Virus record (IMG/VR): IMGVR_UViG_3300040801_001812
Span: 64,509 to 128,508 of that record
DNA from: a virus
Direction: 5' to 3' (one strand)
Length of the DNA: 64,000 nt
Shown here: positions 1 to 6,861 of the stretch, piece by piece
Layout: each line of letters opens with the position of its first letter
Numbering within the stretch: position 1 is the first letter of the stretch
Program-made: the position numbers and the translations under genes
The notes under the pieces: generated by a model
The model's input: only the letters and a program-made list of their open reading frames with translations
Told to the model about the DNA's origin: nothing
Databases searched by the model: none

Positions 1-262
1 CAGTACCGGAGATCATCACCACCGTTTTCCTGGGGAAGAAGGAACCGCAAATGGCTGAGGCTATGAGAGTTTTACCACTCCCCGTCGCAGCCCTAACAAC
101 CCCTCTGTAGCCAGAAAAAAGCACTGACGCTGTGGCCAGTGCTTGGTAGGATCTGAACTCGATTTCGCCGTTATCTTCCATGTCTGCAATTGGTTGCACG
201 CCGGGGAAGTGATCGGCGATGTCCTGCCAGGATGAGATTTGGAGTTGAGCGGTTCTAGTCAT
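1..262 (-). CDS. uvsW: SF2 DNA helicase core, UvsW-like (runs off the left edge of the window)
   Basis: Not in the ORF track. Manual translation from ATG 262 gives MTRTAQLQISSWQDIADHFPGVQPIADMEDNGEIEFRSYQALATASVLFSGYRGVVRAATGSGKTLIASAIC..., with Q-motif RSYQ and Walker A ATGSGKT. SD GAGGAGG upstream. Confidence 0.85.
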   Translation of the reverse strand, partial: MTRTAQLQISSWQDIADHFPGVQPIADMEDNGEIEFRSYQALATASVLFSGYRGVVRAATGSGKTLIASAICGSFFPRKTVVMISGT

Positions 263-305
263 GGGCCTCCTCGGTTCCCCCACCCGTTTCTGAGGGTGGA
301 CTCCC

Positions 306-335
306 AACGTACACCAAGTCAGCCGTGGTTGTCAA
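306..335 (-). promoter_or_regulatory. sigma70-type promoter for the helicase core gene
   Basis: TTGACA (335-330), 18-nt spacer, TACGTT (311-306), then a leader hairpin CCACCC/GGGTGG and the SD. Confidence 0.6.
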
Positions 336-404
336 GGCCAACCCCGGAGGCTGAGGGAGAAGGAAGATCCAATGGTTTCCCCCCACACCCCCCTTCCATC
401 TCGT

Positions 405-552
405 TCTTTTACTTCGTAAAAGACCTTCGATTCTCGTTACTTCCCACTTATCTACTCTCTTCGAGAGTATCTAAGTAGAAAGTAACTCAAACGCACATGC
501 ACACGCGCACACACGCGTGCGTGTATATAATACTCTTATATTAGGGGGGGAG
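405..552. other. structured intergenic region, candidate replication origin
   Basis: Two inverted repeats with cGAAg loops on the minus strand (405-423; 436-486), a 39-nt perfectly alternating purine-pyrimidine tract (491-529) and an AT-rich TATA stretch. Confidence 0.4.
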
Positions 553-553
553 C

Positions 554-1135
554 TTAATCCTTGATAACTAAGGACTTACCGAGAGCAAGAATTTGCTTCG
601 CGAGAGGGTTGACGTTCTTCACCTTCGCCCATCGATTTAGGAGTCCGACAGGGTACGCGAATGTTCCATTCGCGTCATTCAGGGTCTTGAGAACATCAAA
701 ATCTTCCCAGAGGTCTAACATACCCGGATAGAAAATCGCCTGCATATCGTCAGGGATAATTACGGTTACTTTTTCGACGGGTTTAGTGAGCACATTTTTG
801 CCCTTATCCCCGTCCTCTATCATCGGGTTTTTACCTGTTTTTAGGACGTGATATACGAGGGGTAATAGACCAGTGGGGAAGTACCCTGCTCGTGTGATGA
901 GATGCTTCCTACCATCCCAGTTCCCGTTCTTGAACTGTGGGGAGAAGAAGTACCCTGGGGTAGGTGGAGCCATGGCCTTCTCGACAGGAGACGGGTAAGG
1001 TGTGACGAACTGACACTTCGACTTACCCACCTTGATAACGACCTCCTGCCCCTGCTTGTAGCCCGCGTAGCGGGGAGAGGAGATGGTCTTCTTCTTAGTC
1101 TTCAGCTTGCCGGTTTTGGTTCTATAAAAACTCAT
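554..1135 (-). CDS. protein resembling the UvsW helicase N-terminal domain
   Basis: Motif GYFFSPQFKNGNWDGRKHLI...FPTGLLPLV matches the Y.F.P.F..G.WDG...L......P.GL N-terminal segment of T4 UvsW-type helicases. No Walker motifs. Confidence 0.65.
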   Translation of the reverse strand: MSFYRTKTGKLKTKKKTISSPRYAGYKQGQEVVIKVGKSKCQFVTPYPSPVEKAMAPPTPGYFFSPQFKNGNWDGRKHLITRAGYFPTGLLPLVYHVLKTGKNPMIEDGDKGKNVLTKPVEKVTVIIPDDMQAIFYPGMLDLWEDFDVLKTLNDANGTFAYPVGLLNRWAKVKNVNPLAKQILALGKSLVIKD

Positions 1136-1144
1136 GACAATATC

Positions 1145-1173
1145 ATGGTAATCGAGCCTGTCAAGGAAGTCAA
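1145..1173 (-). promoter_or_regulatory. sigma70-type promoter, likely leaderless or near-leaderless mRNA
   Basis: TTGACT, 17-nt spacer, TACCAT, ending 9 nt before ATG 1135; no SD. Confidence 0.5.
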
Positions 1174-1179
1174 GCCCAT

Positions 1180-1265
1180 AAGGGAATCGGGGGCCTCTTG
1201 TGAGGCCCCCTCTGAGGAATTTGGAGTGTCAAACTCGGCACAACACCTAAGCCCGTCTGACACTC
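1180..1265 (-). ncRNA. candidate small structured RNA or leader RNA
   Basis: Lies directly downstream of a near-consensus promoter. 11-bp stem GAGUGUCAGAC/GUUUGACACUC (1265-1224) and 9-bp hairpin GGGGGCCUC-ACAA-GAGGCCCCC (1210-1189). No credible ORF. Confidence 0.4.
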
Positions 1266-1268
1266 ACT

Positions 1269-1297
1269 AAGATAGACCATGTTACCTGGGATGTCAA
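1269..1297 (-). promoter_or_regulatory. sigma70-type promoter
   Basis: TTGACA (1297-1292), 17-nt spacer, TATCTT (1274-1269), with AT-rich upstream sequence. Confidence 0.75.
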
Positions 1298-1317
1298 GCC
1301 CTAATTTGAAATAATCC

Positions 1318-1346
1318 AAAAAAAGTCCCCCGCAGGGTGCGGGGGA
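1318..1346 (-). terminator. intrinsic terminator after HU gene
   Basis: TCCCCCGCA-CCC-TGCGGGGGA followed by CTTTTTTT. Confidence 0.85.
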
Positions 1347-1371
1347 TGCGAGAAACAAGCGTGGGGGTTGG

Positions 1372-1716
1372 TTAGGGTAGGGGGGATCCCACGCTCTCTC
1401 CGAACTTGTCAGCGATGGCACGAAGAAGCTCGGCACCGGGCTTGAAAACTACCGTGTATCGCTCAGGAACGGTGTGCTCCTCTCCACGCACGCTGTAGGT
1501 ACGCCCTCGCCTCTTGATGAGCCTGAAGGTACCAAAGGACCGGAGCATCACCTTGCGTTCTTCCTCATCGCCCTCTGGCTCTGAGTTCAGTAAGCCGTCC
1601 GTGATCGAGTCCACTATCAGCTCCAACAGCGCGTTGATGTCGGAGTGGGTAAACGGCGGATCAAAGAGCTGCCCTGCTCTGTCGTATATGTTCTTACGTA
1701 GTTGTGATGTATTCAT
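1372..1716 (-). CDS. HU/IHF-family DNA-binding protein
   Basis: KVMLRSFGTFRLIKRRGR...VPERYTVVFKPGAELL signature; SD GGAGG. Confidence 0.9.
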   Translation of the reverse strand: MNTSQLRKNIYDRAGQLFDPPFTHSDINALLELIVDSITDGLLNSEPEGDEEERKVMLRSFGTFRLIKRRGRTYSVRGEEHTVPERYTVVFKPGAELLRAIADKFGESVGSPLP

Positions 1717-1736
1717 GCTTCCTCCAACATTACACT

Positions 1737-1769
1737 CCCCAATATACCTTGGGGCATTAGATAACGCAA
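1737..1769 (-). promoter_or_regulatory. sigma70-type promoter for HU with an inverted repeat over the -10
   Basis: TTGCGT, 17-nt spacer, TATATT; CCCCAA/TTGGGG inverted repeat at 1737-1754. Confidence 0.55.
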
Positions 1770-1783
1770 ATCCTATCAGGGTT

Positions 1784-2119
1784 TCAGCGGGTCTTAGGTT
1801 TCACCCGGTTAGGGCGTTTCGTCTTACGGAGCTTGTTCTTCTGCTTCTTCAGGTTCACAACAGCGATCTCGATCAACAGGTAGATCAAGGCTGAAGAAAC
1901 GGTGCTTGTGTCCACGCCCTTTTCGTCGAGGAACTCCAGTGCTCCGTCAAAGACGAGAGTCCGCTTTTCGAGACCATGCAGGTCTTTGACATCAGCGTCG
2001 TCAACCCGGTCCTTGATGTACGTGTAGGTTCCCTTCATCAGAACATCAGCACAGTCCTTGAGGGCGGGTACAACGTATTGCCATGCGAACGATGCTACAG
2101 ATAGCCATCCAATTGCCAT
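1784..2119 (-). CDS. LL-H-like holin or membrane-anchored protein
   Basis: N-terminal hydrophobic segment, G.EK...V...L...G and LIEIAV..LK pattern as in LL-H holins, basic tail. Start reassigned to ATG 2119 (SD AAGGAGG). Confidence 0.5.
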   Translation of the reverse strand: MAIGWLSVASFAWQYVVPALKDCADVLMKGTYTYIKDRVDDADVKDLHGLEKRTLVFDGALEFLDEKGVDTSTVSSALIYLLIEIAVVNLKKQKNKLRKTKRPNRVKPKTR

Positions 2120-2141
2120 TTTCGAATCCTCCTTACACAAT

Positions 2142-2166
2142 AAACCCCGGATAATATCCGGGGTTT
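2142..2166. terminator. perfect inverted repeat, probable terminator
   Basis: AAACCCCGGATA-A-TATCCGGGGTTT, followed on the minus strand by TTTATT. Confidence 0.6.
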
Positions 2167-2205
2167 GACAATAGTGAGACCAAGGGTCTCAGGCGAATCG
2201 TCCTG

Positions 2206-2574
2206 TTAACGCTTACCGACCTGCTGCTTGCCCTTCTCTCCAAAGAGGATGTCCAAGAAGTTCCAGTACTTATGGCCCTTGAAGTGGCCAAGGTTTGCAG
2301 CCATCATTGTGCAAGACCCAGCCACGGTGGCGACGGTATAGAAGACGGCCATGAGGCCCATCCCCCACCAGTTCGCGTTCTGGAAGGCATCCCACCAGCC
2401 GCGCATCACAAGGCCGTTGCAGATCAGCCAGACCCCGTTGGATCCCACTGCTGCCTTGGCATGGTGCCAGATGTCCGCGCTGTTTCTCGATCTCGATGTC
2501 CAGGTGAAAGCCATGTTCTGGATGAACCCCGCAGGGATAACCGCGAGGATCCACCAAAAGTCACTCCACGTCAC
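2206..2574 (-). CDS. small multi-pass membrane protein
   Basis: Three hydrophobic Trp-rich segments; overlaps the upstream stop; SD present. Confidence 0.7.
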   Translation of the reverse strand: MTWSDFWWILAVIPAGFIQNMAFTWTSRSRNSADIWHHAKAAVGSNGVWLICNGLVMRGWWDAFQNANWWGMGLMAVFYTVATVAGSCTMMAANLGHFKGHKYWNFLDILFGEKGKQQVGKR

Positions 2575-3802
2575 GTTCTCCTCCCATCTGTTTCATGACG
2601 ATGCGATTAGAAAGGTTGACCTGGAGTCGAGCCTCTGGCCCGATGTCATGGTTCCATATCCAACCCATTGCTCCACGCTTCTGGTGATTGAACGACTTCT
2701 CGCGGTGCCACCCGTTGGGGACCACGATGCTCGGCAAGAACTCAACGCTCACGCCCTGCTCTTCGAGGGCAGAAGGCTTCGCAGATCCCTTACGGTGCTG
2801 GTCAGCGAGGTGCCACTCTCTGTAGCCATCCTTCGTTGCTGCCCACTCATCCGGGGCCTCGTTAGCCATGAGGGCCGCTAGACGAACCTGGGCCAGCCCT
2901 GAACCGTGCTGGAAGCCGATCAGGTTGCACCCGTAGTGGATGAACTTGTACGGGCTAGGGCGGCAGTCTACCTTCACGTTGTCGTCGTTTCGATAGTAAG
3001 CGTTCATGACACGCGCCATGGTGAACGAGGTGTATCGGTCGTGGTTACCGGAGATCTCCAGCACACGAACAGGAGCGACCTCTTTCAGCCGGTCAATGGC
3101 TTGGATGAGAAGCAGCTCTCCACGCTCGTAGACGTGGTGCCAGTCGGTCATCTCAGGCTGGGCTACCCCAGATGTTGTGGTGTAGTTGGTCCCCTTATTG
3201 GTCGGGGTAGGCTCCGCATGGAGGAAGTCATTACCCATGACGAAGACGATCTCTTCCAGGGCACCATAGATCTGACCGTTCTCTAGAAGGTTTTCCACGG
3301 CCCAGAGGAAGGTTTTTTCTGCGATGTCCAGGTTGTAGTCAAGATCGGAGTGGGGGGAGTAACAGACCATCCCAAGGTGAGGATCGGCAATGGCGATTTC
3401 CAGCATACGACGGTCGCCGTCCCGGTCTGATCTGCGGTATCTAGGGTGAAGGCGCGGCACACGCCGGGAACTAGCTGCCAGCCGCTCCAGGAGGTTCTCT
3501 GTGGCCTCTAGACCAGGATCCGGAGGGCAGAACACGCCTCGGATTTGGTGAGCAATGAAGGGGCCTTCTTTGTCCTGTGCTGCCCAAGAGTTGGGGCGTA
3601 GGAACTCGCAGTGGTAATCGGCGGGGATGTTGGCGATCCCGCGAAGCTCTTCTTCAGTGGTATAACCGAAGTGTCGGACACCTTCCAGGTCTTCATAGAA
3701 AGCGCTGGGTTGCCCCTTAAGCATGGGGCTGACTTCGACCTCAATAGTGCCATTCGGGTTTACAGTACGGCGGATATCTTGTTGTTGTTGTTTTTGGTTC
3801 AT
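2561..3802 (-). CDS. calcineurin-like metallophosphoesterase
   Basis: Motifs DPH, GND, GNHD, HG and H..D.H in canonical order. Confidence 0.85.
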   Translation of the reverse strand: MNQKQQQQDIRRTVNPNGTIEVEVSPMLKGQPSAFYEDLEGVRHFGYTTEEELRGIANIPADYHCEFLRPNSWAAQDKEGPFIAHQIRGVFCPPDPGLEATENLLERLAASSRRVPRLHPRYRRSDRDGDRRMLEIAIADPHLGMVCYSPHSDLDYNLDIAEKTFLWAVENLLENGQIYGALEEIVFVMGNDFLHAEPTPTNKGTNYTTTSGVAQPEMTDWHHVYERGELLLIQAIDRLKEVAPVRVLEISGNHDRYTSFTMARVMNAYYRNDDNVKVDCRPSPYKFIHYGCNLIGFQHGSGLAQVRLAALMANEAPDEWAATKDGYREWHLADQHRKGSAKPSALEEQGVSVEFLPSIVVPNGWHREKSFNHQKRGAMGWIWNHDIGPEARLQVNLSNRIVMKQMGGERDVE

Positions 3803-3843
3803 GAAAGAATAGACCTTGGGCTATGCTTCACGGTAATGCTCAT
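3799..3843 (-). CDS. 14-aa upstream mini-ORF MSITVKHSPRSILS
   Basis: SD AAGGAG before ATG 3843; its TGA overlaps the phosphoesterase ATG (ATGA). Confidence 0.45.
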   Translation of the reverse strand: MSITVKHSPRSILS

Positions 3844-3962
3844 GTGAACTCCTTTGGGTTCCCTAACCCTCTCCTCTCGTCCACTAATAAAGCGACCCCA
3901 CCATGAGGGAGCGCCTCAGGTGGGGCCAGTTGGGGCCAGTATACCTTATGGCATTGGATAAC

Positions 3963-4475
3963 CTACTCGTTGTCCTCTTCTTCGAACAGCGGGGCCAGAG
4001 ACCGGAGAGCGGCTCCCTGCGCCTCGAAGAACGCCTTGATGTACTCATCGTCGGTCGGATCTGCGAGAGCTTCGAAGATCGCAGCCGCGATGAGGACGCC
4101 CTCATCGACCGAGATCTTCTGGTCGTCGTTGTAGTGCGGCCAGATCTCCCCAATCAGCTCGGGGATCATAGCCATGAGTTCTTTCGGGGTAATGCCAAGT
4201 TCGATCTTCTTCATTCTGATACCTCCGTGGTCCAGTACGTAACTGAGTTGACGTAGGGCGTTTCCTTGCTCATCAAAAGCAGGACGCCAGGGCTTGTGGG
4301 CCTTCTTACCAGCCTTCTCAATGAATGTGGCTAGCGACTGAAGTAATGGGCGTAGAGCGATAGTATTGGATTTCTCATCAACAGCGTATTTGATCTGCTG
4401 ACGAAGGGTCAACAAGAGGAGAGCCATCTCGAATTTGTTGATACCAAGCGACTTTTTCTTACTTTTTTGTACCAT
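3963..4475 (-). CDS. hypothetical protein (possible internal start at 4214)
   Basis: SD GGAGG before 4475; second SD GGAGGT before in-frame ATG 4214. Confidence 0.7.
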   Translation of the reverse strand: MVQKSKKKSLGINKFEMALLLLTLRQQIKYAVDEKSNTIALRPLLQSLATFIEKAGKKAHKPWRPAFDEQGNALRQLSYVLDHGGIRMKKIELGITPKELMAMIPELIGEIWPHYNDDQKISVDEGVLIAAAIFEALADPTDDEYIKAFFEAQGAALRSLAPLFEEEDNE

Positions 4476-4824
4476 CGCCTGTTCCTCCTCTGCCCGTGAG
4501 GGTTTTCATTTTCTGAGTGGTGAAGTCCTTAACCTCTTGGACATCTACCTTCTGGGCCTTCTTGACACCCTGGTGGAACAGCCATGCAAGACCAGCATCA
4601 GCTAACCCCTGGATTGTTGGGTGATCCAGACCTGGGTTAGGGTCCTTGTACGCAAGAGCAATTCCAACGACACCTAATAAAATCGGGATGATATCCGTCC
4701 ACCTCTGATTACCGGTGTGGTGTAAAGCACATTTTACCCACCACCCAATAAGGTTGAGAACAAGAACGTGTCCTAGATCAACGTGTTGGGCGAACTCGTT
4801 CAGTGGAGTGAGCAGAATATCCAT
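4459..4824 (-). CDS. holin
   Basis: Two to three TM segments (IIPILLGVVGIALAY), basic C-tail, TAATG-coupled to the endolysin. Confidence 0.7.
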   Translation of the reverse strand: MDILLTPLNEFAQHVDLGHVLVLNLIGWWVKCALHHTGNQRWTDIIPILLGVVGIALAYKDPNPGLDHPTIQGLADAGLAWLFHQGVKKAQKVDVQEVKDFTTQKMKTLTGRGGTGDGTKK

Positions 4825-5360
4825 TACGCCCCCGGAGGGGTCCACACCGCGAGGTAATCAGCTACCCTCTCACGGAAAAAGACTAGGTCAAACTTCTCGC
4901 CGGGACAGGACTTGTAATCAACGAACTCCCTGTGCCCGTGTACGTTGTCTACCGGGATGCGGTACATCCGGCAGAGCCAAGCGACGAAGTCAGCCGACTT
5001 CTCGAAGACATCTTCAGGAGGTGGAGCCTCGTCGAAGTTGCCGACAATACAAACGCCGATCCCCTTCCGGTTCATGCCCTGCTGTGGACAGTGTGCTCCG
5101 GTCTGCATCAGGCTACGCCCTTGGATAACCCATGGGCGACCATCAGATAGACGTTCAACCAGCCAGTGGTACCCGATGTCTCGCCAGGGCCGGACAAGAC
5201 CCTTCGCGTTTTCGTCGCGAAGAGTGTAGTACTGATCTTCAGTGATGATGTTACCGCCTTGGCGGTAGGACGTGTGGAAATTTCGTATCGCTACCGTATC
5301 TGGTAGCGTCGTATCCCCGGTCCAAGAATGATGCACGACAACATGTGACCATCTTGGCAT
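4824..5360 (-). CDS. endolysin, N-acetylmuramoyl-L-alanine amidase (Amidase_2/PGRP type)
   Basis: VVHHS, DIGYHW, GAHC, IGVCIVGNF, GHRE...KSCPG zinc-amidase motifs. Confidence 0.92.
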   Translation of the reverse strand: MPRWSHVVVHHSWTGDTTLPDTVAIRNFHTSYRQGGNIITEDQYYTLRDENAKGLVRPWRDIGYHWLVERLSDGRPWVIQGRSLMQTGAHCPQQGMNRKGIGVCIVGNFDEAPPPEDVFEKSADFVAWLCRMYRIPVDNVHGHREFVDYKSCPGEKFDLVFFRERVADYLAVWTPPGA

Positions 5361-5375
5361 TGCAACCTCCTATAC

Positions 5376-5391
5376 GGTTGTATATACAACC
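5376..5391. promoter_or_regulatory. perfect 16-bp palindrome upstream of the endolysin RBS
   Basis: GGTTGTATATACAACC. Confidence 0.55.
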
Positions 5392-5398
5392 AAATTTC

Positions 5399-5551
5399 CT
5401 ATTGGGAAGAGTCCTCCTTCGGTTTTTTGGCGGACTCACGCACCTCTTCCAAAATTCGCCAGTCGAGAGCAGCGACCTCATGGCCGTGCTCTTCAACTAG
5501 GCGAGTAGTTACGTCTTCTAGGACGGCATCGACAGCGTCTTCACGATCCAT
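5399..5551 (-). CDS. 50-aa acidic hypothetical protein
   Basis: Below the ORF-track cutoff. MDREDAVDAVLEDVTTRLVEEHGHEVAALDWRILEEVRESAKKPKEDSSQ; TAATG-coupled to the upstream gene. Confidence 0.65.
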   Translation of the reverse strand: MDREDAVDAVLEDVTTRLVEEHGHEVAALDWRILEEVRESAKKPKEDSSQ

Positions 5552-5964
5552 TACGAGGTCGCCCCGGTGTTCGAAACATTCTGTTTCGGGTTGATTGCAC
5601 GGGTACCACGCTGCGCCGGGGTGGTCGGGATCGTACGACGGTCTCCCCGGTGTACCGGAAGATGCTGGCGAGGGATCCCACGGCGTGCAGGAGCGTTCCT
5701 GGTGTACCTAGAAGCCCTCACAGCCCTCGCGGTAGTACGACGGCAGGAGTAGCGATACAGAATGCCCTTACGGCCCTTTCCACGCGGTCCTGCTGGCATG
5801 TTACGCACGAAGGTATGCCCAAACCCGCAGACGCCCTTTTGTTTGATAGGAACACGCCCCGGTGGCTCGATAATCGGCGGTTGGGGTTCCTTGGGGTTAC
5901 GCGGGTTCCAGTTGGATCGGCGTAGCTGCGGCATGTCAACGACAGTAGCGATAAAAGCCATCAT
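5551..5964 (-). CDS. Arg/Pro-rich highly basic protein
   Basis: Strong SD AAGGAGG; fills the gap in the operon; coupled to the next ORF. Confidence 0.65.
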   Translation of the reverse strand: MMAFIATVVDMPQLRRSNWNPRNPKEPQPPIIEPPGRVPIKQKGVCGFGHTFVRNMPAGPRGKGRKGILYRYSCRRTTARAVRASRYTRNAPARRGIPRQHLPVHRGDRRTIPTTPAQRGTRAINPKQNVSNTGATS

Positions 5965-5991
5965 TCCTCCTTAAGGAATGGTCATTCCCAT

Positions 5992-6849
5992 TTAGGGTAC
6001 AGTGCGGAGGCGCAAGAAGAGCATGTAGTTCTCGATCTCGAACGTGTCGGTCGTCAGATTGTGGATCTTGAATGTGATCGACGTACAAGACCGAAGGGTA
6101 GACGTGTTGTCATCCGATGTAGGCATCTCCGCGTCGGTAATAGCAGTCTGCCACGTAGATCCGTGCGATCCACCGTCCCAGGTGGCCTGCCAATAAACCC
6201 TAACTCCTTGGGGGAACTCGGGTTCGGTGGAGAAGTAGTAAGTGTCAAAGACATACTGCATCCCCTCATTGAAGCTAGTCGGTGCACTGCCCGCACGCTT
6301 AGGAGCCACAAACTCAAAGGCTGAGGTTTGGAGGACCCCGCCAGGAGCGAGCATACACTTTCCTTCACTGAGCACGTAGTCGGATGAGTTCCCCGTGTCG
6401 ATATGGTCTGTCGAGAGGAACTCCTCACCGATGACCACCTGATAGGGGTAGTTCTCAGCCAAGATGGACTCGTACTTCACTTGAGCCAGCTCAGAAGCCG
6501 TCCAGTTGTAGGGGTGTGCGTAGATTGGGATATCCACGAACTCCTCAACGTCATTTCCATCGAGATCAGCGGCTTTGATGAACAGAGGCTCGTGCTTCAC
6601 ATGGTAAGCGCGATCTTCGGCATCATAAGCCCTGTGTGAAGGTTTGATGGTGGGCACGCCCCCGCCCTCGTCGAACAAGCGTAGACCACTGGTGTTGATC
6701 TGCTGCCCGATGACGTTGGTGGTCGCCCGACGTGGGAACGCAATATCGTCCGTAACCTCGATCATAGATTCACTCGGGAGGAGCGAGGCCAGATCATGGA
6801 CGATCCGATTGATGATCCCAGTACGTTTCGAAAAGACTGCGTAAGGCAT
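5992..6849 (-). CDS. virion structural or fibre-associated protein
   Basis: Position after the large fibre gene, SD AGGAGG, beta-rich C-terminus. Confidence 0.6.
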   Translation of the reverse strand: MPYAVFSKRTGIINRIVHDLASLLPSESMIEVTDDIAFPRRATTNVIGQQINTSGLRLFDEGGGVPTIKPSHRAYDAEDRAYHVKHEPLFIKAADLDGNDVEEFVDIPIYAHPYNWTASELAQVKYESILAENYPYQVVIGEEFLSTDHIDTGNSSDYVLSEGKCMLAPGGVLQTSAFEFVAPKRAGSAPTSFNEGMQYVFDTYYFSTEPEFPQGVRVYWQATWDGGSHGSTWQTAITDAEMPTSDDNTSTLRSCTSITFKIHNLTTDTFEIENYMLFLRLRTVP

Positions 6850-6861
6850 TCGCCCCTCCTA

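Noticed and set aside
239-478. Plus-strand 79-aa ORF, and minus-strand ORF 1170..1436
   Set aside because: They run through promoters, hairpins and terminators, have low-complexity translations and lack an SD
2165-2170. Plus-strand TTGACA as an antisense promoter
   Set aside because: No -10 element at 16-18 nt spacing
5971-5991. 6-codon mini-ORF MGMTIP and small hairpin before the basic protein
   Set aside because: Too short to distinguish from chance; no independent SD
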